This document shows positions 39,906 to 53,962 of a stretch of DNA of 64,000 bases, piece by piece. How positions within the stretch are numbered: the stretch's first letter is position 1; every line of letters starts with the position of its first letter. The DNA is from Octopus vulgaris (lineage: Eukaryota). Under the pieces are notes generated by a model that was not told where the DNA came from, ran no database searches, and saw only the letters and a program-made list of their open reading frames with translations. A program made the translations under genes and the position numbers. The stretch spans positions 129,518,001 through 129,582,000 of the forward strand of contig OX597818.1 in the NCBI GenBank assembly GCA_951406725.2, given 5' to 3'.

Positions 39906-40300
39906 ATATATATATACATATATATATATGGATGCCTTTCCTAATGCCAATCACTACACTCACAGAGTGGTTGGCATTAGGAAAGGCATCCAGCTGCAGA
40001 AACACTGCCAGATCAGACTGGAGCCTGGTGCAGCCTCCTAACGATACTGTTAGTTTGCTGCCTTAATAATAATTATGATAACAATAATTATTTCTACTAT
40101 AGGCACAAGGCTTGATATTTGAGGGAAGGGGTTAGTTGATAATAATATCAACCTCAGTACTCAACTGTCCCTTATTTTTCAACCTTGAAAGGATGAAAGG
40201 CAAGGTCAACCCTGATGGGATATGAAATCAGAACATAAAAGTGGATGAAATACTGCAAAGCATTTTGCCCGGCATGATAACGATTTTACCAGCTTGCTGC

Positions 40301-40352
<52 letters not shown>

Positions 40353-40532
40353 ACTCTTATTTGCTACAAGAGCATCAGATAAGGGAGATATTACAAGGAG
40401 AGTTTACAATTTGTGTGGGGGTTTACGCCAAAGATGGTGGTGGTGGGATAATAATTATTTCTTATTTTGGCACAAGGTCAGCAACTTTCCCCCTCCCCCA
40501 AATTTTCAGGCCTTGTGCCTATAGTAGAAAGG

Positions 40533-40581
<49 letters not shown>

Positions 40582-40583
<2 letters not shown>

Positions 40584-40930
40584 TATTGCTTTTGCACAGC
40601 TTCTAACGCTGGAGATGTACTACAGTGTCAGCTGTACACTAACCAGTGAACTTATTTTCCGAGCACCTTCCGGAGTATTCAAGCAGTTCCAAGCAGTGCT
40701 GTTTTCTGCAAGTGCTAAACCATTATTGCAGCACCTATTTGTTCCATGTACTTCTCGAGATTTTTGCTCACTGTTCCCAGGGCTCCAACAATTATTGGTA
40801 CTACTGCTACCTTTTCTATCAACCACAACTGCTTAACTTCCCAAGCTAACCTGTTATATCTCTCGACTTTTCTTTCTTCCTTATAGCATACCTTGTTGTC
40901 AGCTGGGCATACTATATCTATGATCCATTC
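40582..40930 (-). mobile_element. R4/Dong LINE 3' end (third subfamily) in (TTA)n
   Basis: Minus strand WIIDIVCPADNKV..KVERY..PIIVGALG..LQKTALLGTA*ILRKVL. Confidence 0.85.
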
Positions 40931-41150
40931 AGTTATTATTATTATTATTATTATTTAGATTGTACAAAGCAATTTTAGGGGAGGTGGTTACTCAATTACA
41001 TTGACCTCAATATTTGACAGTTACTTTATTTTATTGAACCTGTAAAGATGAAAAGTGAATTAATCTCATCATGATTTGAACTAAGATTGTACAGAGCCCA
41101 AACAAATGTCACAAAACATTTTTTCTAACATTCTTAGAATTCTGCCAACT

Positions 41151-41205
<55 letters not shown>

Positions 41206-41239
41206 TGATGATGATGATGATGATAATAATAATAATAAT

Positions 41240-42593
41240 ATCATTAATGGGTCAATTACTGAAATATGTATTCTTGACAGAAAAATACAAAAACTGTTGA
41301 CAATGCATAGAATGCACCACCCTAAGGTAGATATAGAATGACTTTATCTAACAAGAAAAGAGGGAGACCGTGGACTTTTACAACTGGCATTAACAATGAA
41401 GATTGTCACAATTGGTCTTGACACCAACCATGAAAAACTCTGAGGACTGGATGTTAAAACTTGTCTCAAAACATGAAAACAAGAAAGCATCATACTCTGT
41501 AACGAAACAGGCAAAGGAATATCTCAGTGAATTCCAAATACAGCAAATTCCAGAATTACACGTACTAGAAACAAATGCAGAAAAAGCTAAGTGCATGCAA
41601 ACCCATGCTAAAACTGATGCCTTAGATATTCTGACTGATAAATGGCAAGAAAACCCTCTTGATGGCAAATACCCAAAGAGAGTGAATAATGCTAATGTTG
41701 ACAAAGTCCTTACCCATCAATGACTAATGCTTCTGCCTGAAAATTAGAAACAGAAGGGTTTATCATAGCAGGCCAAGATCAATGCTTACCTACAAGAAAC
41801 TACCAGGCCAACATATTAAAGAATGGCAGCTCCCCAATATGTCGTGTATGTCAACAACAAAATAATACCATTGATCATGTTGTCTCCAAATGCAGTTTTC
41901 TTGCTCCTACAGAGTATTTCAACAGGCATGATAGAGCTGTACAATATAATCACTGGGTAATTTGCAAAAACCTGATATGATAAAAACTAGTGGGAACACA
42001 AACCACCCTCAGTGCTTGAAAATGATCACATCTCACTCCTCTGGAACTTCACCATTCAAACTGACAGAAAGATAGATGCAAATAGGCCAGATATTCTACT
42101 GAAAGACTTTAAACAAAAATTAAGCCTCATCATTGATATAACTGTCCCAATCGATATAAACGTATCTGTCAAGACCTACCAAAAGCTGAGTAAGTATAAA
42201 GATTTTGAAATAGAAATTAGCAAAATGTGGAACCTGAAGACTAAAACAGTACCTGTTGTCATAGGTACCCTAGGAATGATAGCAAAAGGGGCTGATTGCT
42301 ACCTAGCTCAGATACAAGGAAACCCCAAAATGGCAGAAATTCAAAAGATAGTGCTCATGGGAACTGGCCATATCCTATGTAAAATACTGTCTGTGTAATC
42401 TCAAACTTTAAAACAATCACATAATTTTCTTATGGTTTCTTAAACATTCTCTAGAATAATGCTATGTACAAAACCAAATATATAGCTTTATAGGCATAAC
42501 ACCAACATGAACTTCTAACTTGTTGTCTCTTGAGGTCTCTGGGTGAGACTTGGAACCAACTTGTACAAATGCAAAGCAAAAGTCTTACATGAA
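41240..42593 (+). mobile_element. Decayed 5'-truncated R4/Dong LINE in (AAT)n
   Basis: MHHPKVDIE, ETEGFIIAGQDQ, CRVC..IDHVVSKC, RHD, ANRPDILL..KLSKY; stops and frameshifts; shared 3' UTR. Confidence 0.92.
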
Positions 42594-42849
42594 ATAATAA
42601 AAATAATAATCCTTTCTACAATAGGCACAAGGCCTGAAAATTTGGAGGAGGGAAAAAGTTGATTTCATCAATCCCAGTGCATAACTCGTAATTATTTCAT
42701 TGACCCCAAAAGGATGAAAGGCAAAGTCGACCTCAGCAAGATTTGAACTCAGAAGGTAAAGATGGACGAAATGCCATTAAGCATTTTGCCCAGCATGCTA
42801 ACGATTCTGTCAGCTCACCACCTTAATATTAATAATAATAATAATAATG

Positions 42850-42901
<52 letters not shown>

Positions 42902-43091
42902 TAATAACTAGGTGTTTTTATTTCAGGCAAAAGGCCAGTAATTTTGAGGGGATGGGATTAGTCTTTGACACCAGTATTTAACTGGTGTTTAATTTTATCA
43001 ACTCTCAAAGGATGAAAGGTAAAGGTGACCTCATCGGGATTTGAACTGAGAATGCAAAGAAGAGGAACAAATACTGCAAGTCATTTTTGTG

Positions 43092-43151
<60 letters not shown>

Positions 43152-44327
43152 GTGATGAAGATGTTAATCTGTAGCTATAGCAATATAACAGAAGAAAAAT
43201 AGGACGCCCTAAATGTTTTAAGAACACAGTTAAAATAATGACCATCATGATTGCTACCACTACTACCACCACCACCACCACCACCACCACCACTACCACC
43301 ACCAGCATAATTCAAGAATGAAAGAATACCCTTTAGCCTTAACAAATATTTTGTAGGTCCCAAAAATGACAAACAAACAAACAAACAAAACAAACCTCAC
43401 CATCCCCACTACCACCACCACCACCACCACCACAAAAAACATTACCCCTTCCCCAGAAAATATAGCTTTGTTTCAGTGTTTTTGTCTTTGGTTGAGCTAA
43501 GAGCAAGGCAATGTAAATACGTTATTAAAAATATCAGCAATGGGTTTTCTGTTCCCTTCAGTTTCTCAAGCTGGAAAATATTTATTTTCGAAGCTATTTT
43601 GGAAGATTTTGAAAAAAATTTTTAATCAATATTTGAAAATTTAACTAGCTGTCAAATTTCTATAATTTAAAAATACTGCTACTGCTAAAATAAAAAAATA
43701 AAAATAAAAATTGAAAAATGAAAAAATAAAAAATTACAAAAAATAAAAATCAATGGAAATAAAATAAGATAAAAATATAAAATAAAATATATAAACAAAA
43801 ATTAAAATAAACTAAAATGAAAAATTAAAAAAAAAAAAATTTGGAATTTTCTATTAAGGTCATGTTGACTTGTCTGAAATAAAATTGAAGGCACATATTT
43901 AGGAAGAAAAGCTCTTGTGAAAAGAAGAGAGGACAGTGATGGGCAGTAGAGGTTGGTGGAGTGTGTGGGTGGATGTAATATAAGGTTGAGGTGAAAAAAA
44001 AAAAGATTATTTATTTATTTGTTTTTCAAATATTAAAATGAAAAGACAAGAGATAAAGGAAGGAAATAAGGAAAGAAAGATAGTTATGACGATGACGACA
44101 ATGATGATGCTAATAATAAAATCACACATTAGGTCAGTCCATTTTGTTTTAGCTACACTAAAATATTTAAAGAATGTCTAACTGTAGGGTATGGTGACTG
44201 AAAAACGAAAATACATTGACACATACAACGCACATACACTTGCATACTTGCTCCCACAACGTCCATGTGCATATAGATATATACATACATATACATACAT
44301 ATGTATGTGTGTATGTATGTATGTATA

Positions 44328-44360
<33 letters not shown>

Positions 44361-44370
44361 TCACACACAC

Positions 44371-44409
<39 letters not shown>

Positions 44410-44465
44410 AGAAAAAAAACAAAAGTAATTTTAAGGTCTCTGTTCTTTTAGAGAGTGGAAATTTT

Positions 44466-44502
<37 letters not shown>

Positions 44503-45234
44503 TCATAATTGACTAGTTTGAAGCCAGGTTGCAAAGATTAAGAGGAGACAAATGAGTAAATGCTTGTCTTTTATTTATTTTTATTTTTTATATAATTTTT
44601 ATATTTATTTTTTTTATATAACACTGCACCAATTCAACCATTGAACTAACAAACAGGATAGAACAGTAAAAAAAATTTATAATATATAATGCATTTATTA
44701 GACAATATATATATATATTTTTTTTTAGAAAAAGTTACCATTGGTTTGGGTAGCTATAAACACCATCTTTAGAAAACATGAAGTTAAAGTTTTGTAGCAC
44801 TGGTATAAAGTCAATTACTCATATAATATTTCACCTAAAATTACTACCACCACCACAAACAATAAATATAGATGTGAATAAAAATTGCAATTCTAAATCC
44901 TGTTCTTGGAGAAGATACAAGGTTATGGGATGGTCCGGAGATGGGGTGGGTTAAGTGTTGATATGTTTGTACTTTTTTTTTCCATTTGAGAAAAGAATTG
45001 TAGAGATAAAGGCAATGATGACAATGATGATGATGGTGGTGGTGATGGTGATGATTATGTGACAATGTCAATGACAAGGATGGTGGTAGTGGTTAGTAGT
45101 GGTGATAGTAGCCAGCAGTGATGATTATGGTGATGATGAGGGTAACAGCAACGATGACTATGATGATATGATGCTGATAGTAATGATTATGATACCAAGA
45201 CTGAGGCTGATGGTAATGACTATGATGCTTATAA

Positions 45235-45281
<47 letters not shown>

Positions 45282-46960
45282 ATAGTAGTAGTAGTAGTAG
45301 TAAAGAAAAAGAAGAAGAAGAAGAAGAAGAAGAAGAAGAAGAAGAAGAAGAAGAAGAAGAAGCAGCAGCAGCAGCAGCAGCAGCAGCAAATTGCTATCCA
45401 TTCCGATAATAGTGCCAAAGTACAAAATAAAAATAAAGTAAAATAAAAACAAAAAAATTATCTTAGATTCAGAAAACAGTGTTCTGACTCAGTGAAGAAA
45501 AAATGCTTATTTTTTCCAATATTTTATTTTATTTATCTAGGTATTAAAAAAAAAAAAAAAAAAAACTTATATTTTTCAAAATTCAGAATTTTAAAATTTA
45601 GTCCTGAAATCTGAAGTGGACAGAAACTTCTTCATAGTTACTGGCAGAATTATTTTTCATGTTCTGGGGGTAACAATATTTTGAGAAGTGAAGAGGACTA
45701 GAGCTTCCCTAATAGCTAGTAGCAGATTGTTACATATTTCACCAAGTCATTTTGCAGTTTTGCAGTTCAGTCAACATGAACTGGCACTTTTGAATAGCTT
45801 TAAGTAGACTGTGACACATTTCGATTTTTTCCCCTTACTTTTAAAAACAACACTATACAGTAAATTATCAGAGATGTTAGAACATTGGATGGCATGCCTT
45901 GCAGTACTTGTTTCAATTCTCTGCACTCTGAGTTCAAATCCTGCAGAGGTCAAGTTTGCTTTTTATCCTTTCTGGGTCACAAAAGTGAGCCAATCTTGGG
46001 TATTGGATTGGTAAAGCGGCAGGAACATCAGACCAGATGTCTTGTAGTATTTCCTCTGACTCTTTGTGTTCTGAGTTCAAATATCTCTCTGGCCTACCTG
46101 AGTGGCTTAATATCGGTTTCAAATTTTGGCACAAGGCCAGCAATTATGGGGAAGAGATAAACTGACTACATCGACCTCAGTTTTTAACTGGTACTTACTT
46201 TACTGACCCCAAAAGGATGAAAGGCAAAGTCAACCTCAGTGACATTTGAACTCAGAACATAAAGATAGACAAAATACCACTAAGCATTTGCCTAGCATGC
46301 TAACGATTCTGCCAGTTTACCACCTAAATGATATTAATGATAATAGTGCTTTCTAATTTTAGGTGTGAGATCAGCAATTTTGAAGGGCAATGGTTAGCCA
46401 ATATCATCAACCCCAGCACTTGCGTAGTATGACCATCCCCACATTAGAGTTATGAAAAGCAAAGTTGACCTTGATGAGATTCAAAATCAGAATGTAAAGA
46501 GTCTGAGTAAATACCACAAGACCTGCTAATGATTCTGCCATCTCACTGCCACTGAGTGGTTTAATATTACCACTTAGTATCTTGGATGCCCTCAGTCAAA
46601 TACACTCTATTCTGAGTATTTGAAAATACCTTCCTTCTATTTCACACTAGTGTTTGAAGCCCTGTGGATAAACATAGGTATTGCTTTCATTACAGTCATC
46701 AATATCTTTATCATTTAATGCCCACTTTTCCCTGCTTGCATGGGTCAGACAGAATTTACTGAGGTAGATTTTTTATGGCTTGATGTGCTTTCTGTTGCTA
46801 ACCCTCCCTTGTTTTCAAGCATTCTAATCCTTTACCATGGAATACAGGAAATGAACATCGTGGCATATATGACAGTGATGCTTGTTAACAATCACAAAAT
46901 GATGCCATGATACCAAGAAAAGGTCACATAGACAATCACACACACATATACACACACAGA

Positions 46961-47008
<48 letters not shown>

Positions 47009-47011
<3 letters not shown>

Positions 47012-47402
47012 CGCAGGAGTGGCTGTGTGGTAAATAGCTTGCTAACCAACCACATGGTTCCGGGTTCAGTCCCACTGCGTGGCATCTTGGGCAAGTGTCT
47101 TCTGCTATAGCCCCGGGCCGACCAATGCCTTGTGAGTGGATTTGGTAGACTGAAACTGAAAGAAGCCTGTCGTATATATGTATATATATATGTATGTGTG
47201 TGTGTGTGTTTGTGTTTGTCCCCCTAGCATTGCTTGACCACCGATGCTGGTGTGTTTACGTCCCCGTCACTTAGCGGTTCGGCAAAAGAGACCGATAGAA
47301 TAAGTCCTGGGGTCGATTTGCTCGACTAAAGGTGGTGCTCCAGCATGGCCGCAGTCAAATGACTGAAACAAGTAAAAAGAGTAAAAAGAGAAAAAAAGAG
47401 TA
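47009..47402 (+). mobile_element. SINE family A, full length
   Basis: A-box tggctgtgtgg, B-box ggttcagtcc, tail aaagagta repeats. Confidence 0.92.
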
Positions 47403-47467
47403 ATATGTATAAATATATATACATGTAAATATATATATATACATATATATATGTATAAATATATATA

Positions 47468-47815
47468 TCATCATCATCATCATCATCATTGTTTAATGTC
47501 CGCTTTCCATGCTAGCATGGGTTGGACGTATGACTGAGGGCTGGTGAACCAGATGGCTGCACCAGGTTTCAATCTTGATCTGGCAGAGTTTCTACAGCTG
47601 GATGCTCTTCCTAACGCCAACCACTCCGAGAGTGTAGTAGGTGCTTTCACGTGCCACCGGTACGGGACCAGTCGGGCGGCACTGGCAACGACCTCGCTTG
47701 AATCTTTTACACATGGCACCGGCACAGGTGCCAGTAAGGCGATGATGGTAACGATCACGCGCGAATGGTGTTTTTTACGTGGCACCGCTCCGGCAATGAT
47801 CATGCTCGGATGTTA
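47468..47815 (-). mobile_element. (ATG)n-tailed retroposon family E
   Basis: (cat)n-tgtttaatgtccgctttccatgctagcatggg..ggatgctcttcctaacgccaaccact. Confidence 0.75.
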
Positions 47816-47880
47816 AATATATATATAAATATAAATATATATATATGTAAATATATATATACATGTATATATACATACAT

Positions 47881-47942
<62 letters not shown>

Positions 47943-47944
47943 GA

Positions 47945-48276
47945 TTTACATTATTTACATTATTTACATTTGATGGATATTTGTCCTCCTCTTGTTTGTT
48001 GTTAACATGACATTTTGGCTGATATACCCTTCAGCCCCCATCCGGTGTCTTGGGGAAATTTCGAACCTGGGTTCTCATTCCTGAGATATTTTTTGATGTT
48101 GTTGTTGTTATTATTATTATTATTGTCATTATTATTCAGGTCACTGCCTGGAATCAAACTCAGAATCTTGGAGTTAGTAGCCTGCACTCTTAACTACTAC
48201 GCCATATGCCCATGGTGTAGTGGTTAAGAGTACGGGGTACTAACCCCAAGATTCCAAGTTCAATTTCAGGTAGTGA

Positions 48277-48372
<96 letters not shown>

Positions 48373-48559
48373 CAACAACAACATCGAAAAATACCTTTCG
48401 AATGAGAACCTAGGTTCGAAATTTCCCCAAGACAACTGATGAAGGCCCGAGAGTATATCAGCTGAAACATTGTGTTAACAACAAACAAGATGAAGACAAA
48501 TATCCATCAAATGTAAATAACGTACATAGTGTACAGAATTCCTCATCTCTTAAATATAG

Positions 48560-48562
<3 letters not shown>
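47945..48562. mobile_element. Head-to-head fold-back element: tRNA-like head + (AAT)n + hammerhead in each arm, in (TA)n
   Basis: Arms 47945-48209 and 48212-48520 are reverse complements. Two-arm consensus head tggcgtagtggttaagag..gagttcgattcc; consensus HHR gacac-CTGATGA-A-GGCTG..CAGCC-GAAA-CGT-Y-gtgtt. Confidence 0.85.
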
Positions 48563-48606
<44 letters not shown>

Positions 48607-48687
48607 ACTATGTTAAATATATATATTCATAAAAATATATAAATATATATATATGTGAGTATATATATATAAATATATAAATTTATA

Positions 48688-48930
48688 TATATAACTAATT
48701 TAGAGACAAACCACCATTCCACCACTCAGTCAATAAAGAACCAGTCCAAAGCCGTCCTGTGGGACATATACCATGCAAAATACTAATCTTCATTGACTGA
48801 GTTGGTGAATGGTAGTTCGTCTCTAAATTAGTTATATACATATATTATATATTGCATATTACAAAATTCGGTTTAATATTATTATACTGAATTTTACCTG
48901 TAAGGTTGGAACAATAATTTATTCCCTAAT
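48688..48930 (+). mobile_element. Fold-back element (~50-bp arms 48688-48739 / 48788-48838) with shared terminal motif, in TA-rich tract
   Basis: taactaatttagagac..ctcagtcaat / attgactgag..gtctctaaattagtta; ends cctgtaaggttgga..ttattccct, like 60070-60100. Confidence 0.7.
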
Positions 48931-49409
48931 ATTATTATTATTATTATTATTATTATTATCATATATACATAAATGGCGGTGCCCCAGCATGGCCACAGCT
49001 TGTGAGCTGAAACTAGATAAAAAAAAAATATATATATATATATATATACACACACATATATATATATATATACATACATATATATACACATACATACATA
49101 TATATATTGACATCTGCATTTTATCCAAGCACCCAAAGGACCTAACACTCAGACAAATACAGGAGTACATCCCCATAAATGAAACATCCCGCCATAATAA
49201 ATAGGAGATACACATAGAACATAGTGATACCTCAATACTCACCTTTTGTACATTCACAGGTAGATTTGTTAGTAGGCTGTTATATAGATGAATATATACA
49301 TATATATATTGATAAAAATGGTAAGACAACAAAAGAAAGTGACCTCGATATTATGTAAATAGAGGAATTTATCTGTAAATGTAATATGTGACAATTATTT
49401 GGTAGCCAT

Positions 49410-49470
49410 GATAAAACTCTGAGTTTCAGATGCCGAGGTGGAAATCCATGCCACTATCTCTTCAGTTATC
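49410..49470 (-). ncRNA. Minimal type I hammerhead ribozyme in a putative PLE terminal region (about 49310-50030)
   Basis: GATAA-CTGAAGA-GAT..ATC-t-GAAA-CTCaGAG-T-T-TTATC; perfect 5-bp stem I and palindromic stem III. Confidence 0.78.
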
Positions 49471-51949
49471 CGGCCATTGAAAAAATGCTATGAAAAATGA
49501 CCGTTATACAGAGGGAATTTACTGTGTGATTGACCGTTATTAAGACAAAAGAGCTATTTGAATGACCGCTAAGTGAGGGGAGGGAGTAAAAGTAAGGGAG
49601 TAAAAAAAGTTCATAGTATTCAGGTAAGGGCGCATGTTCATACCTACACATGCGCACCCGCACACCCACGTGCGTGCGCCTAAAAGTATACATTCATCAA
49701 CCCTCACTTGAAAACGTACACATCCTCACTCGCACCATTCGCCAAATGTATATGTATATACATACAAACCTACACACATGCACGGGCACCATAAAGGTTC
49801 ATACACATGTCTATATATGCACAAGCACAAGAAAAAACAGGGCTAAGGGTAACAATACAGAAAAAAGGTATAAAGGAGTATACAAAGAGTAAACCACGTC
49901 TATATATGCACATACCCTTTTGCATGCACACACACACATACACAAGCACAAAAAAGATCATACATAGGTCTTCATGCGCACATACACAAGAAAAATCAGG
50001 GCTAAAGGCAAAAAAAACAGGGCTGGAGTCAATGTAATTGACCAATACTCTTCCGTCAAAATTGCTGGACTTAGAAGCAATTATTGCTCTTATGAGTGAA
50101 ATGGTAGAATTACTAGAGCATTACAATAACAAGAAGAAGAAAAAAGGCTTTGTGGCATTTATTCAGATTCTTTACATTCTGATCTCAAATCTCATTGAGG
50201 TCAACTTTGCTTTTCATAACTCTGAAGATGGGATCATACTACTCAAGTAGTGGGGTTGATGGTTTGGCTAACCATTGCCTTTCAAAATTGTTGATCTCAT
50301 ACCTAAAGTTAGAAAGCATTATCGTCATTATTATTAATGCAGTGAGCTGGCAGAATCATTAGCATGCTGGGCGAAATGCTTGTGGTATTTTGTCCATCTT
50401 CACGTTCTGAGTTCAAATTCTGCCAAGGTTGATTTTTGCCTTTTATCCTTTCGGGATCAATAAAATAAGTACCAGTCAGGTACTGGGGGTTAACGTAATT
50501 GACTAACCTGCTCCCTCAAACTTTCTGGTGTTGTGCCAAATTTTGAAGCCATTATTATTATTAGTGTGGTGGATGGAAGATTAGTAGAGAATCAGACAAA
50601 AGCCTTGTGATATTTTGTCATGTCTCTTTAGCCTTTGAGTTCAAAACCCACCAAATTCATCTTTGCCTTTCATTATTCTCCAGAATAACGAAAGGATAAT
50701 CGCTGAAATGAATATAATTGACTGTATTCTCCCTCAGAATATGTGGCCTTGTACTTGTGTGATGGTGAAAGTCAGAATCATAGGACTGATGGATCAGCAC
50801 TGGTCTGGGGTTAAGCAACGACCACAAGATCTAATATTAATCCAATATTATGATTTGAGGAAAGAAACGTGGCGAGCTTGTGGAGTCATTAGCACATTAG
50901 ACAAAATGCTTAGCAGCATTTCTTCTGAATCATTATGTTCTGAGTTCAAATCCTGCCACGGTTGCCTTTCATTCTTTCGGAGTCAATAAAATACCAGTCA
51001 AGTACTGATGTTGATGTCATTGATTATATTCTTCCCCTCAAAACTAACTGACCCTGTGCTAAAATTTAAAAGGATTATTTGAGAAAAGAAAACAAAACAA
51101 AAAAGTACAATACTAACAAAAGACAGTAGATTCACAATGCCCAGATGAGGCAAACCTATTTTCCTTCCCTACAATCCATAGCCCACCCATACACAACAAC
51201 ATGGTACTCCAGTGAGATATTTGTCTCTAGTAAAACAGTCCATTCTGCAGCTGCTGCTGCTACTACTGCTGATGGTGATGCTTATACAGTGGTATTGGTG
51301 ATAAAATAATGCAGTTGAAGTCTCGTTGCATCGGTAATCTGGGGATTCTTGTCTCATACACTACAGCTGCTTGCCAAAAGAAAAAAAAAAAGAAAATTTT
51401 ATTCCTTTATTTTAAGGCAATTTTGCTTTTATATTTTTTTGCTGCTTTTGAAATTTTTTTTTTTTTAGAATTTTAATTGAATTGGAAATTAAACTGAAGG
51501 GATGGCTTATCCCTGCTTATTGGCTAGCTTCCTTGCATGCTTGTTTCAAAGCTTTCCATTAGAACAGAAAGATAAAGAAAAAGAAAGAGAAAGGAAAGAG
51601 CACAGGCGAGAGAAAGAAGGGTAGAGACAAAGAGAGAGAGAGAGAGAGAAAGTAGATGAGAGGGGCAATCTACTTCACATGTGACAAAGTTGTAAAAGAA
51701 TAGCCAAGACTTGCAGAAAATGCAGTCTGGATTCTGTGCAAGTTGTAGGCATCTGTCGAAACTAATTTTGACATTGGATTTTTCGGTATTTTTTTAAGAG
51801 CTCAAAAGTCTTAAGACTGCTCTGCTGTAGTTGTTACTGCATCATGAGTGTTAATACATAATGCACTGAAATATACGCATAATTATACATGCATATACAC
51901 ACGTACATACAAATACAGACACATATAGGGATGTAAATTATAAATGGCC

Positions 51950-52238
51950 ACACTTGTTTCAGTCGTTTTTCAGTCATTTGTCTGCGGCCATGCTGGAGCA
52001 CCGCCTTTAGTCGAGCAAATCGACCCCCAGGACTTATTCTTTATAAGCCTAGTACTTATTCTATCGGTCTCTTTTGCCGAACCGCTAAGTGACAGGGACG
52101 TAAACACACCAGCATCGGTTGTCAAGCAATACTAGGGGAACAAACACAGACACACAAACATATACACACACATACATATATATATAAATATATACGACGG
52201 GCTTCTTTCAGTTTCCGTCTATCAAATCCACTTACAAG
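51950..52238 (-). mobile_element. SINE family A, 3' part (another at 52476-52663)
   Basis: Homology to other family A copies. Confidence 0.85.
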
Positions 52239-52980
52239 ACAAAAAAATAAAAAACAAGTACTCAAAACATTGTTCTGAGTAATTGTGTATATCATAATAA
52301 TAAAGTAACTAATTATGATTACTTTTCTGCGACTTTAACTTTACAGCTTAATAGCATAGTCTTCATATGGTTTTGGTGAAAAAGTATTTCTTCTGTTACA
52401 TCCATCTGAATAATAGTCCATTTAGCATAAAGCATAAATTTTTGGAAAAGTAACCATATTTTACTACTTTACAATACTCTCTTTTGCTCTTTACTCTTTT
52501 ACTTGTTTCAGTCATTTGACTGTGGCCATGCTGGAGCACCACCTTTAAGACCAACAGGACTTATTCTTTGTAAGCCTAGTACTCATTCTATCGGTTTCTT
52601 TTACTGAACTGCTAAGTTATGGGGACGTAAACACACCAGCATCAGTTGTCAAGCGATGTTGACAATTTTCAATTTGACAAAGATTTAGTATAAATCCAAA
52701 TACAACCAGCATTGAATTTATGCTATTAGAAATAAATGTAGAAATGAGGAAAACACAGATAGTACCTCAGTATATACTAAAATATAAACAAAGATAAGGA
52801 TTCTCTCCATGGATTCAAAATAGCTGAAGTCAAATTTCTTCTGAGATGAACTTTTAAATTCTTGTCTACTTGAGAAGTTGAAAGAAAAGACATCTTATGA
52901 ATGAAGTAGATATTAGTTAATAATGGGCACATAAATTGCTGAATCGACCAGCCTATATAATAATTGTTATCATCAGCATA

Positions 52981-53296
52981 GTGAAGGTGCATGGCTTAGT
53001 GGTTAGTGTTGGGCCTTCAATCGTGGGGTAGTGAGTTTGATTCCCTAACTAGGTTGTGTGTTGTGTTCTTGAAGCAAGACACTTTACTTCATGTTGCTCC
53101 AGTTTACTCAGCTGTAGAAATGAGTTGCAACATCACTGGTTCCAACCTGTATCAGTCTTTGCCTTTCCCTTGGATAAAATCTGTGACATGGAGAGGTTAG
53201 GATCTTCCATAAACAACCTTGTTCAGACTTGTGCCTCTGAGGGTTAACTTTCTAGGTGCAATCCCATGGTCATTCATGACCAAATGGGGTCTTTAT
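52981..53296 (+). mobile_element. SINE family D
   Basis: gtgaaggtgcatggcttagtggttag..gtgttcttgaagcaagacacttt. Confidence 0.85.
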
Positions 53297-53542
53297 CATC
53301 AGTCTTAGGAGCAATTGTATCATTATAATCATCATCCTTTGTTGTGTTCCCTTTTCCCATGCTGGTATGGATTGGATGGAATTTCTTGTGGCATAGAATT
53401 TCTTATAGCCATATGCTCACTTGATGTCAACCCTTATTTTTTTCAAATAAGGATCTTCATTCCACTGCTCATTTACATATCAAGCTGCAAAACATATATA
53501 AGTGTTCTCTTTGCTTAAGTGATGCCAATGTGAAGATGCACT

Positions 53543-53751
53543 ACTCTTTACTCCTTTACTTGTTTCAATCATTTGACTGTAGCCATGCTGAAGCACCGCC
53601 TTTAGTTGAGCAAATCGTCCCCAGGACTTATTCTTTGTAAGCCTAGTACTTATTCTATCAGTCTCTTTTGCTGAACCACTAAATTACGGGGACGTAAACA
53701 CACCTGCATCGGTTGTCAAGCAATGTTAGGAGGACAAACACAGACACACAA

Positions 53752-53794
<43 letters not shown>

Positions 53795-53962
53795 CATATA
53801 TATGACGGGCTTCTTTCAGTTTCCATCAACCAAATCCGCTCACAAGGCTTTGGTCGGCCCGAGGCTATAGTAGAAGACACTTGCCCAAGGTGCCACATAG
53901 TGGGACTGAACCTGGACTCATTTGGTACGTAAGCAAGCTACTTACCACACAGCCACTCCTAC
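53543..53962 (-). mobile_element. SINE family A, full length
   Basis: Homology to other family A copies. Confidence 0.9.
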
